The position numbers were made by a program, and so were the translations under genes. A stretch of DNA of 64,000 nucleotides, from the IMG/VR virus record IMGVR_UViG_3300025316_001101; one strand, written 5' to 3'. This DNA comes from a virus (Duplodnaviria; Caudoviricetes). The notes under the pieces are model-generated. The model saw nothing but the letters and a program-made list of their open reading frames with translations. It was not told the DNA's origin and did not search any database. Positions 9,546 through 17,763 of the stretch are shown here, piece after piece; position 1 is the first letter of the stretch, and each line of letters begins with the position of its first letter.

Positions 9546-10661
9546 TCATGATATCCAGTGTTTGTTTTGCATAGTCCATTTAATAATGCGATCTAAAGTT
9601 TCATCAAACGATATTGGTTGTCTCCAACCAAGACTTCTCAATTTACTTCCATCTAAAGCATAACGCCTATCATAACCTGGACGGGCAGATTCACTGGGTA
9701 TTAATTTATATAAAAGTTCCTTTCCCATAATTTTAGCAACTGCCCGTGCCAATTCCAAATTATTCAATTCGGTATCGCCACAAATATTATAGCGATCTGG
9801 TCGTTTTGCTCCTTGACTATAACGAGCAGGATGCAGGTTGGACGCAATAAATTTAATGGCATCAGCTTTATTTCTAGCATCCAAATAAATTCTAGAGCCA
9901 ATATACCAACCTTGGTTATTTTCAGCATGATTTCCACCGTGACCACTAAGATTAGTCAATGAAGGGCCATCGGTCTTATCGGCATACACAGGCATTTCTT
10001 TACCTGTAGCAACGTATTGAATAATCTTAGGCAAGAATTTTTCTGGATCTTGCCATTCCCCGATTATATTCATGCAATTTGTAATCACCACAGGCAGATC
10101 ATAAGTACGCCAATAAGCAATCGCTAAAGCTTCTTGGGCTGCTTTAGATGCCGCATATGGATTAGATGGGGCAATTGGCGACCATTCAAGATGCCCTAGA
10201 CTAGGAAGCGGTGGTGCTTCTCCATAAACCTCATCTGTACTAATATGAACAAATAGCTTTGGCTTTGCCTTTCTGGCAAACTCCAACATGTTAACCATCA
10301 ATTCATAATTGTTTCTTAAACAATGTGTGGGATCAGTGGTAGATCGCTCTACAGCAGAATCAGAAGCCATGTTAATAATATAATCAATTGGCTTTTCTGT
10401 AAGAACCCCCCGATCATCAAGACTCCTTCCCATGATTTGATTCTCTAACGGCCAATCAATCGGAACCGTCAAATCATGCATATAGATTCTAACCCGCTTT
10501 GAATTTCCATATCTTTTGAAAACCTCATTACATCGACTAACGATTCCTTTGTGACGGAAAGAATCTAAACCAATAATTTCCCAATCTGTGTTTTCTAACC
10601 AGTATTGGAGACAGTGCGACCCAATAAAACCACCCACACCTGTTAAAAGAACTCTTTTCAT
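9546..10661 (-). CDS. rmlB: dTDP-glucose 4,6-dehydratase-like NAD-dependent epimerase/dehydratase
   Basis: GVGGFIG, STDEVYG, PSNPYAASKA, RPGYDRRYALDGSKL. Confidence 0.9.
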   Translation of the reverse strand: MKRVLLTGVGGFIGSHCLQYWLENTDWEIIGLDSFRHKGIVSRCNEVFKRYGNSKRVRIYMHDLTVPIDWPLENQIMGRSLDDRGVLTEKPIDYIINMASDSAVERSTTDPTHCLRNNYELMVNMLEFARKAKPKLFVHISTDEVYGEAPPLPSLGHLEWSPIAPSNPYAASKAAQEALAIAYWRTYDLPVVITNCMNIIGEWQDPEKFLPKIIQYVATGKEMPVYADKTDGPSLTNLSGHGGNHAENNQGWYIGSRIYLDARNKADAIKFIASNLHPARYSQGAKRPDRYNICGDTELNNLELARAVAKIMGKELLYKLIPSESARPGYDRRYALDGSKLRSLGWRQPISFDETLDRIIKWTMQNKHWIS

Positions 10662-10663
10662 TA

Positions 10664-10918
10664 TTACTCCCACAAATGTATACTATATGGTTTTTTAATT
10701 AACGATTCAATTTTGTTAATCAAATCATGAACCGTTACAATTTCATGACAATCTTGTATCAGTAAATTTATTCTAAACTCATGTTGTAACAATAGCACTA
10801 TTTCCATGCCGTCTACAATAGAGCAACATCCAAGGTCATCAACAACTCTAGACTCAGGAACTATATGTTGCTTCCCTAATACCTTTTCAAGAATTGCAAT
10901 TATTTTTTGTTCAATCAA
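10664..10918 (-). CDS. acyl carrier protein-like
   Basis: IVPESRVVDDLGCCSIVDGMEIVLLLQHEFRI...IVTVHDLI aligns by eye with ACP; probable TTG start at 10918. Confidence 0.65.
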   Translation of the reverse strand: MIEQKIIAILEKVLGKQHIVPESRVVDDLGCCSIVDGMEIVLLLQHEFRINLLIQDCHEIVTVHDLINKIESLIKKPYSIHLWE

Positions 10919-11930
10919 TGATCGGCACCTTTCCAAAACCAATGCCCTTTTCTGGCTCCGCTTCTGAAGAATCTGGCGGATTCTCTACCATTGCTCGCAA
11001 AGTCTCTATAGCATCTCCATAAGAATCACCCTGAATACATACCGAAATAAACAACTCCTTTAGATGAGCAATGGACATCCCAGCCGTATCCTTAACCCAA
11101 CAACTTAAATCATACTTGCTGGGATCGGTAGCACCAAAACTAAAGAGATGATCAAAAAATATCTTCCTAGACTTGGCTCTCGGATGTGGCATCATGAATC
11201 GTTTATCAAATCGACTAGGCCGATTAATGATTCTGTCACCAAGTTTTTCTGGATAATTAGTGGTCGCCAAGAAAACCACATTTTCAATTTTCTCTACGCC
11301 GTCCAATATATTCAATACTTCTGACTCGCAATATTTTTCAAGAATTGAGTCCAAATCCTCCATCAACACCACCAACCGAGTTGTTGGTTGAATGACACGA
11401 AAATGACGCATACATTCAACAAACGTAGATGGATGATTATCAAACTTAAAGACAACGCCACCACGCTTCATAACATCCACTACGACCAATTGGATTGTGC
11501 ATGATTTACCAGATCCCGGTGGCCCCCACAGAATGATGCCTCTCTTATAGATCACCCGATTTAATCTGAACAGTTCCTCATTTTCCCAAAAATTCTGAAT
11601 TTCACTAATTACCTTTTCAGAATTTGTTTCAGGGAAACGAATCAAGCCATCTGTCTTGGTCTCTAATTTTTCAAAATAATGTCCCTGAGTAGGAATGTAT
11701 TTTGGTTCATAGACACCTGGAGGCAATTCCTTAACTGTTACGCCCGTAGGGAAAAATCTAACCCCATCACATGTGTTCCACTGGCACATCTTGCCATACT
11801 CTTTTTCTGGCCCTATTCCACAATCGCCCGCAAAAGATGGCGATTCTGATACGTATCCCTGCTTGGGTGGCCGAGTTGGCGTGCCAGTTAGAAGCTTGTT
11901 TAATTTTCTTTGTTCAGAAGCAGATGACAT
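10911..11930 (-). CDS. AAA+ ATPase (single AAA domain)
   Basis: GPPGSGKS Walker A, MEDLD Walker B, ATTNYPEKLGDRIINRPSRFD second region of homology. Confidence 0.9.
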   Translation of the reverse strand: MSSASEQRKLNKLLTGTPTRPPKQGYVSESPSFAGDCGIGPEKEYGKMCQWNTCDGVRFFPTGVTVKELPPGVYEPKYIPTQGHYFEKLETKTDGLIRFPETNSEKVISEIQNFWENEELFRLNRVIYKRGIILWGPPGSGKSCTIQLVVVDVMKRGGVVFKFDNHPSTFVECMRHFRVIQPTTRLVVLMEDLDSILEKYCESEVLNILDGVEKIENVVFLATTNYPEKLGDRIINRPSRFDKRFMMPHPRAKSRKIFFDHLFSFGATDPSKYDLSCWVKDTAGMSIAHLKELFISVCIQGDSYGDAIETLRAMVENPPDSSEAEPEKGIGFGKVPIID

Positions 11931-11992
11931 AAATTACACCCTGAAGTATCTTATGTCATGCAGTATAGCAGAAAAGAATTGTAAATAAAAGG

Positions 11993-12250
11993 CTAATTGG
12001 TCACAGGTTTGTATAACTGAGCACACTTTTCACAAGCATTGACTTCTTTGGCCGTTTCATGCCCAACACCACCATAATCGTCCATTTTATCACTACTGCG
12101 ATTACTTCTAAAATTACCGCCATCTCGACGGTCATATCCCTGATTAGCCTTTCTTCTGGCAGGATATTCTTTGTTTCTAGTCTCAAGGATAACCTTTCGA
12201 CACGCTGTTCCTTTTGGAACGATCTCTCCACATAGTTGGCATTTATACAT
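11993..12250 (-). CDS. hypothetical Zn-binding protein
   Basis: CQLC...CEKC. Confidence 0.6.
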   Translation of the reverse strand: MYKCQLCGEIVPKGTACRKVILETRNKEYPARRKANQGYDRRDGGNFRSNRSSDKMDDYGGVGHETAKEVNACEKCAQLYKPVTN

Positions 12251-12264
12251 GCTTTAATATAGTA

Positions 12265-12576
12265 TTACTCTTGAGGATTCCTTTTTAACCATGCCGCAAT
12301 AACACCATCGGGATCTTCCGGTGCTTTATAATCAAAAATATTATCACAACACATCTTTCGTAATTTATCAAAAAATTTCGGATCAGAAGGATTGGCTGCA
12401 CGTGTTGGAATTACACCCATAATCTGCCGAAACAATTGATACATGTCACCTATTCGAGTGGTGTCTAACATGCCCTGTTGTGCAAGTTTTAATAGCCCAG
12501 ATAATCGTAGCTTTTGAGCAGCACCAGCAGCCTCTAACATATTATGTTCGGCAAGATATTCTTCAAATAATTGCAT
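12265..12576 (-). CDS. hypothetical protein with capsid-targeting-like N-terminus
   Basis: MQLFEEYLAE; preceded by TATATA-N4-ATG. Confidence 0.65.
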   Translation of the reverse strand: MQLFEEYLAEHNMLEAAGAAQKLRLSGLLKLAQQGMLDTTRIGDMYQLFRQIMGVIPTRAANPSDPKFFDKLRKMCCDNIFDYKAPEDPDGVIAAWLKRNPQE

Positions 12577-12599
12577 GTATTATATACGATCAGCGCACG

Positions 12600-12634
12600 A
12601 AAAAACCCACCCGGCCGAAAGGCCGGGTGGGTTT
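12600..12634 (-). terminator. GC-rich hairpin terminator, CCCACCCGGC family
   Basis: ACCCACCCGGCC-GAAA-GGCCGGGTGGGT with T tract. Confidence 0.85.
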
Positions 12635-12658
12635 ATCACAATGCACAAGAAGTGCAAG

Positions 12659-13159
12659 TTACGACTGGCAACGGCAGCGATGAAGTCTACCGTGCTTCTT
12701 TTCTGCGCAACCACAATCGGCTGGCGCACAAGCCTGAGGTACAGGTGTTACCACCACCGCTGCACAAGCCTTGGGTGCATCGCAGCACTTGGGAGCCTCA
12801 CAGCGAACCTTACAACGGCAACGAATCTTCACCTTGCAGCACTTGTCGCATTTAGCAGGCTCGCAAGCCTTGGGTGCAACTGGAGCACATGCCGGAACGC
12901 AGGCCGCTGGGGTACATGCCTTACAGCAAGTAGAGCAACGGCACTCACGGTTGTGCCTTGCCTTCTCGACAATGCACCCAACCTTATTTACTACTGCCTT
13001 CGGCACTGCCACGATTGCATGCAAAACCGGATGCTGCACGCACGGACAGGTTGCCCCAGTGCTAGCCGCACATGGAGCCGGGATGGGTTCGACTGCGAAA
13101 GACATGCTGGCTACACAAACCAACGCAATCGCACACACCGAGATGATCAAACTCTTCAT
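12659..13159 (-). CDS. secreted Cys-rich low-complexity protein
   Basis: Strong AAGGAGG SD; signal peptide MKSLIISVCAIALVCVASMSFA; many CxPAC/CC motifs. Confidence 0.75.
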   Translation of the reverse strand: MKSLIISVCAIALVCVASMSFAVEPIPAPCAASTGATCPCVQHPVLHAIVAVPKAVVNKVGCIVEKARHNRECRCSTCCKACTPAACVPACAPVAPKACEPAKCDKCCKVKIRCRCKVRCEAPKCCDAPKACAAVVVTPVPQACAPADCGCAEKKHGRLHRCRCQS

Positions 13160-13221
13160 AACACTTCCTCCTTTGAAGGGGGTTAAAAAATGGGCCTGCT
13201 CATGCAAGCCTAAACAAACAA

Positions 13222-13275
13222 AAAACGAGTGTTAGGTTGGGGGATTACGAATCTCTCAGCTTCGCACTCGTTTTT
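13222..13275. terminator. long hairpin, likely bidirectional terminator
   Basis: AAAACGAGTG...CACTCGTTTT outer stem with T tracts on both strands. Confidence 0.55.
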
Positions 13276-13279
13276 AATC

Positions 13280-13804
13280 TCAAGCAGTATGTTCAACAAC
13301 CGCTTTACAAAAATCTATTACGTCTTCTCTATTCCAACCGTTCTTGGCAAACTGTACTATCATCGCCACAAATTCAATATTTCCTTTTTCGTAACCTTTA
13401 GAAGAATCAATTCTGTCTACACTTGCTCGATCAGGGGTCTTTGGCAATTGAAACTTTCGACTACCACAACTCATTTGCTTTAATTGCCAACCCGTATATG
13501 GGCATATCCCTTGTTGAGAATCCCATTGTAACTGCAAGTCTTCTAATGTTACCGTGCATTGTTTGTGCCGTCGTCTCATATTTCTCAGGTGCCATCTGAA
13601 CGGTGACAACTCATCAAACCGATTATCGGGTATTAAATTTTCAGGATGATATCGCCTGTCCTTTGGGAGATTATCCAGCGTTCCTTTTCCAGTGCATTCA
13701 AGAGAACAAAATACTCGTCTGTTAAGTTTCTTGTTCCTATTAACCTCCCCTGCATTCCTCTCAAACTTATTTCCACAAATCTCACATTGTAATTCAATTT
13801 TCAT
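13280..13804 (-). CDS. His-Me finger (HNH-like) free-standing endonuclease with N-terminal Zn finger
   Basis: CEIC...FCSLEC; CPYTG; SVDRIDSSKGYEKGNIEFV. Start MKIELQ at 13804 with GGAGG SD. Confidence 0.8.
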   Translation of the reverse strand: MKIELQCEICGNKFERNAGEVNRNKKLNRRVFCSLECTGKGTLDNLPKDRRYHPENLIPDNRFDELSPFRWHLRNMRRRHKQCTVTLEDLQLQWDSQQGICPYTGWQLKQMSCGSRKFQLPKTPDRASVDRIDSSKGYEKGNIEFVAMIVQFAKNGWNREDVIDFCKAVVEHTA

Positions 13805-13806
13805 AA

Positions 13807-13839
13807 ACGCCTCCATACCGTATAGTAGTATGGAGGCGT
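13807..13839 (-). promoter_or_regulatory. hairpin sequestering the endonuclease Shine-Dalgarno
   Basis: ACGCCTCCATAC-N9-GTATGGAGGCGT, a perfect 12-bp stem containing GGAGG. Confidence 0.75.
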
Positions 13840-13852
13840 CCAGAAATTTTAG

Positions 13853-14203
13853 TGGAGGCGGGCGTAATCGAAACGCCGTCCAGAGGTACTCTTGCTCCGA
13901 CCTCTACGTGTGTAGTTTGTTGTATTTATCTCATCGCATTGAACTACAGCTAACAAAAGCTCAAATTGACCAGCGACTTTTTTCTTGTTTTGATTCTTGT
14001 CGCCCGTACCAAAACATACCGACTATTACGGCGAGACTTCGGACTTCATCGGTTGGAATTCCTTGTCTCGGCTGCCCAATCTCTTAGGCCGCAACTGCAA
14101 AAGTGTTTGCAATTAGGTTTTGGTCTGCTTTTAACGTGGCCTGCTGACCAACCACGACACGCCATCTGAGTTCGACTTACCCTGTCGAAACCTTGTCGCC
14201 CCC
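13853..14203 (-). ncRNA. ssrA: tmRNA (one-piece), tag peptide ANTFAVAA*
   Basis: 5' GGGGGCGACAAGGTTTCGAC; acceptor GGGGGCG/CGCCTCC with G3-U wobble and A discriminator; T-arm GGCGT-TTCGATT-ACGCC; tag frame GCA AAC ACT TTT GCA GTT GCG GCC TAA at 14110-14084. CCA is not encoded. Confidence 0.95.
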
Positions 14204-14314
14204 TCAAGTTGTCAAAGAACTTCAACATTGTAGTACAGGCCGTAACCCTTGTAAACCCCAGCCAAGTTAAGATGGGCAATTTACGACCGGATTGCGGCTA
14301 AACACTACTGAGGT

Positions 14315-14343
14315 ATTATACGCTCCACTAACCCAAATATCAA
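14315..14343 (-). promoter_or_regulatory. sigma70-type promoter for the tmRNA transcript
   Basis: TTGATA-N17-TATAAT. Confidence 0.75.
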
Positions 14344-14398
14344 CCCCTTTTCCAGAAGTTGTTTTGGAGAACGCACTTGCGCACACTAAAATAGGATT

Positions 14399-14653
14399 GT
14401 GAAGAAGAAACAACTATTCAAAAAACTAGACGGAAAATGTTATTTTTGCCCTGAAACAGAAGCTCTTGATGCCCATCGAATTCTACCTGGGGCCGAAGGT
14501 GGCAAATACAAAAGGCACAATGTCTTAACGGTTTGCCCCACGCATCATCGTAAATTACACATGGGGAAGATCGAGGTTCTTGGACGACATTATTCCACCG
14601 CTGGGGTGTATGTTTTGCACTACTTAGAGGATGGCGAAGATAAGTGGGGCTAA
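14399..14653 (+). CDS. small HNH endonuclease
   Basis: CYFC...DAHRI.P...GG.Y...N...VCPTHH..LH. Confidence 0.8.
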   Translation: MKKKQLFKKLDGKCYFCPETEALDAHRILPGAEGGKYKRHNVLTVCPTHHRKLHMGKIEVLGRHYSTAGVYVLHYLEDGEDKWG

Positions 14654-14862
14654 TTCATTGAGATGGCACCTTTAGAACATGCCTCTACACATGCACCACA
14701 ATCTGTACAATGATCGGCATTGAACACCACAAGCAATTCTCGTTTCAATGCTCCCGTTGGACAAGCCTCAACACATCCCTTGCAACATTTTCCGCCGCCA
14801 CAAGAACATGAAGTGCATGCCCCATTCTTCCAACAGCATTTATCATAATCGATTGTTATCAT
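14650..14862 (-). CDS. 4Fe-4S dicluster ferredoxin
   Basis: CKGCVEACPTGAL and CTDCGACVEACSKGAI. Confidence 0.85.
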   Translation of the reverse strand: MITIDYDKCCWKNGACTSCSCGGGKCCKGCVEACPTGALKRELLVVFNADHCTDCGACVEACSKGAISMN

Positions 14863-14864
14863 CC

Positions 14865-15743
14865 TTATCCTCTTCCTGGTAAAAGCACATAATCTTTAGC
14901 ATAGCGTCCTTGTGGATTATTTCTGTCTACCACGGGTATCTTTCTGGCTAATTGACCGGTTAAAACAAAAGTACAATCCTCTTCTTTCAAGAAACGATAG
15001 ATTTGTTTCAAAGAAGTCCAATAACCCATTTGTCCTCCACCTCTCGAACAAACTCCAATTAATTCCCCGTTTTCTGCAAACAAACCTCCTCCTGATCTAC
15101 CTCCCCGTGGGGCATTGTTTTGAGTAAGAATCTCGGTCACCCCTCCATTCATCTGTTCATGCACGCACGCTACCAAATAATGTGCGGTATCGCTCTTGTT
15201 ATCACAACCAGTGCTATGATACCAAGTGCCAGAGGTATATTGAAAATCTAATGGTGCAATGGGTGCGCACACTACACCCTTCCAATCCGGCTTAAATCTA
15301 ATTAAACTACAATCATATATCGAAGAACTGTCATCTCCCCACACGTGACACATCACCTCTCCCACGTATCGCTTGCCAGATTCTAATTTATATTGCCCTT
15401 TATAAAATACCTCTACATAAACTTGCTGTGGATTTTTGCGATAATATTCAATACTCCCCCGACCTCTGGAGAACAAATGCCCGCAAGATATAACATATGC
15501 ATAATTGTTCTGACTATCGTAATATACAATTGTGCCTGATCCGCTACGTACATTTGATACAAGCACAGTAGGGATTAACCACTTAGCTACAGACGGCCCT
15601 CGTTCCTCCCATCCTGCACCCGCTGATTGCCTATAACCATAAGGCAATTCTATTACAGGTTTTACTTCTTGAGCAATTGTTAAAGAAGAAAAGGAAAATA
15701 GCAGAGCTATACCAATAATAAGCGATTTTAGAAATGTTTGCAT
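14865..15743 (-). CDS. secreted trypsin-like serine protease
   Basis: Signal peptide; GSGTIV, SCGHLF (His), YDCSLI (Asp), GGRSGGGLF (Ser). Confidence 0.85.
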   Translation of the reverse strand: MQTFLKSLIIGIALLFSFSSLTIAQEVKPVIELPYGYRQSAGAGWEERGPSVAKWLIPTVLVSNVRSGSGTIVYYDSQNNYAYVISCGHLFSRGRGSIEYYRKNPQQVYVEVFYKGQYKLESGKRYVGEVMCHVWGDDSSSIYDCSLIRFKPDWKGVVCAPIAPLDFQYTSGTWYHSTGCDNKSDTAHYLVACVHEQMNGGVTEILTQNNAPRGGRSGGGLFAENGELIGVCSRGGGQMGYWTSLKQIYRFLKEEDCTFVLTGQLARKIPVVDRNNPQGRYAKDYVLLPGRG

Positions 15744-15833
15744 TTATGCCTCTGATCGTAGAGGGATCTTAAATATCTAGGGATTGCGGATACATAAATG
15801 CAGACAGATTCCATAAATACTGTGGAGATTAAT

Positions 15834-16022
15834 ATGATCAAACGTAATATGTCAGATAAAATTATCGGTGGTGTTTGCTCTGGATTGGCAAAAGAAATAG
15901 GCGTTGATTCAACGTGGGTCAGATTGGCTTTTCTTTTTGCTTTTTTATGGGCGGGCGTTGGACCGCTAGTTTATCTTATAATGTGGTTATTAATGCCCCC
16001 TGATACCGAAACGAGGATATAA
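15834..16022 (+). CDS. pspC: PspC-domain membrane protein
   Basis: [21 protein letters not shown]...YLIMWLLMP. Confidence 0.9.
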   Translation: MIKRNMSDKIIGGVCSGLAKEIGVDSTWVRLAFLFAFLWAGVGPLVYLIMWLLMPPDTETRI

Positions 16023-16025
16023 CAT

Positions 16026-17141
16026 ATGAAAAAGTTCCCTAAATTCTATGAATACCTAGACCAGAAAGGAAAGCTGGTAGAGAAGCCGAAAGAAGAGGAT
16101 GTGCCGGATTACCACGGAGCGACTGACGCCTCTCCTCCTAATCCTGTAACTAAGGGCAAAAAATGGGATGCTGAATATGCAGCACCTCTTAAAGATAGCC
16201 AAAAACCTTACAAAGCTCCTGGCAAAGACATGACTGCGCAGCAGAGTATGGGTAAAGATAATGAAGGTGGATTGCTTTCTCAAGGTGATAAACGATTGGT
16301 ATACAATCCAAGTCTGAAAGGCGGTACATCTAAAAACATCAATGGCGGAAAAGAAGTACATGGTTGGGACAAGAAAACCAAAACCGAACAATTCATTGAC
16401 AAGACCAAGAACATGTCTTTTCAAGAATTTACAGCTTACATAAAAAAACTAAATCGTTTAGATGAAGACGTAAGCGACATTCCAATGGTTACTGCCTATG
16501 CTCCTGGAAATTTTCATCCGCATCCAGTAGAAGCCATACAGTATATTGTAGCATTAGCTGCCAAGAATGATCGTATACTAGAGCAACTCATTCATGTCAT
16601 GAAAAAAGAAGGTGTGCTTGATAAGCTTATTAAAACCGTAATGGAACACCCTGAAGCCGCTGACGCACTAACTGGATTGTTAGGCGATGAACAGCATGGT
16701 CCAAGATTAAGCCGTTCTTTAGCTAGATCTATGCACAAGCAACATGCTGATTTCCTTGATAAACAAAAGGGCATGTATGAATCAGTAGCTCCACCATTTG
16801 GCGATGATGATGAAGATGAAAATTCACCAGAAGATGGTGAAGGAGAAGCTGGAGAATTAGATGATCAGCCCGGCGAAGGCGAAGAAGACGGCGGCGACGA
16901 AGGCCAAGAAGGTGATGAAAACCAAGAGGGCCAGCCAGATGATCAAGGTGGCGAAGAAGATCAAGAGGGCCAGCCAGATGATCAAGGTGGCGAAGAAGAC
17001 CAAGAGGGCCAACCAGATGATCAGCAACAACCTCCTCCGCAAGAAAAGCCAAGAAAACTAAAGAAGAAATTTGCACATCATAACATGTTAGATGCTCTAT
17101 CTAACTTTGAACATATGAGAGATGCAATGAGAGCATACTAA
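16026..17141 (+). CDS. hypothetical protein with acidic repeat tract and capsid-targeting-like N-terminus
   Basis: MKKFPKFYEYLD; QEGQPDDQGGEED repeats. Confidence 0.75.
   Translation: MKKFPKFYEYLDQKGKLVEKPKEEDVPDYHGATDASPPNPVTKGKKWDAEYAAPLKDSQKPYKAPGKDMTAQQSMGKDNEGGLLSQGDKRLVYNPSLKGGTSKNINGGKEVHGWDKKTKTEQFIDKTKNMSFQEFTAYIKKLNRLDEDVSDIPMVTAYAPGNFHPHPVEAIQYIVALAAKNDRILEQLIHVMKKEGVLDKLIKTVMEHPEAADALTGLLGDEQHGPRLSRSLARSMHKQHADFLDKQKGMYESVAPPFGDDDEDENSPEDGEGEAGELDDQPGEGEEDGGDEGQEGDENQEGQPDDQGGEEDQEGQPDDQGGEEDQEGQPDDQQQPPPQEKPRKLKKKFAHHNMLDALSNFEHMRDAMRAY
16923..17023 (+). repeat. 39-bp coding tandem repeat, about 2.6 copies
   Basis: CAAGAGGGCCAGCCAGATGATCAAGGTGGCGAAGAAGA(T/C) starting at 16923, 16962 and 17001. 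Confidence 0.9.
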
Positions 17142-17152
17142 TAACGGAGAAC

Positions 17153-17184
17153 AAAAACGCCCGGCCATTGGCCGGGCGTTTTTT
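17153..17184. terminator. bidirectional terminator, CGCCCGGC family
   Basis: AAAAACGCCCGGCC-ATT-GGCCGGGCGTTTTTT between convergent genes. Confidence 0.9.
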
Positions 17185-17186
17185 AT

Positions 17187-17756
17187 TTACTGTGTCTTCA
17201 ATCTGTCATACATGTGTTCGGCATAGCCCACATCGGACAGTTTACGACTACTAAAGTCTCCTGTGTATTTTCTGGGCACAGCATGCAACAAATATCTCTG
17301 GATTAAATCTGGAATAAATAGAGGTTCCGCTTGTCCTTCTGGCATTTCGTGTTCGGCCTGTACAAAATAGCAACGACCATTTTCATCACGAAATAAATCT
17401 ATCTCCCACATATAATCAGTCCCATCTCTAGTGACATATAGAAAATGGCGGTCCTTAATCAAATGTTCGGTGGAAGTATCCCATAAATCCTTAAAATCTC
17501 TTTCTGGGATTTCTGCCTCTACTTCCACCGTTCGATCATTAAGCTTTTGTTTAAGCGTCAACGAGAAATGTTCAACGGCATGATAAACCCCACGGATGCG
17601 CACGCTTAAACTGGTATCTCCGTAAAGGTATGCTTGTTTAATAGGATCTGGTTCAGCCAGCAGTCGTTCCAACTCTGTGATCTGAACCTTTTTATCTTTT
17701 AGATCTTGCGCAAAACTAAGATCTAGAACGAATTTTAACTCATTTTCTGTTGGCAT
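17187..17756 (-). CDS. CYTH-domain (triphosphate tunnel) protein
   Basis: ENELKF, QAYL, VRIR, LTLKQK, EVE, KDRH, WEIDLF, AEHE. Confidence 0.85.
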   Translation of the reverse strand: MPTENELKFVLDLSFAQDLKDKKVQITELERLLAEPDPIKQAYLYGDTSLSVRIRGVYHAVEHFSLTLKQKLNDRTVEVEAEIPERDFKDLWDTSTEHLIKDRHFLYVTRDGTDYMWEIDLFRDENGRCYFVQAEHEMPEGQAEPLFIPDLIQRYLLHAVPRKYTGDFSSRKLSDVGYAEHMYDRLKTQ

Positions 17757-17763
17757 AATGTTC

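Noticed and set aside
16923-17023. 39-bp repeats as a CRISPR array
   Set aside because: Contiguous in-frame coding repeats without spacers, and no cas genes in the window.
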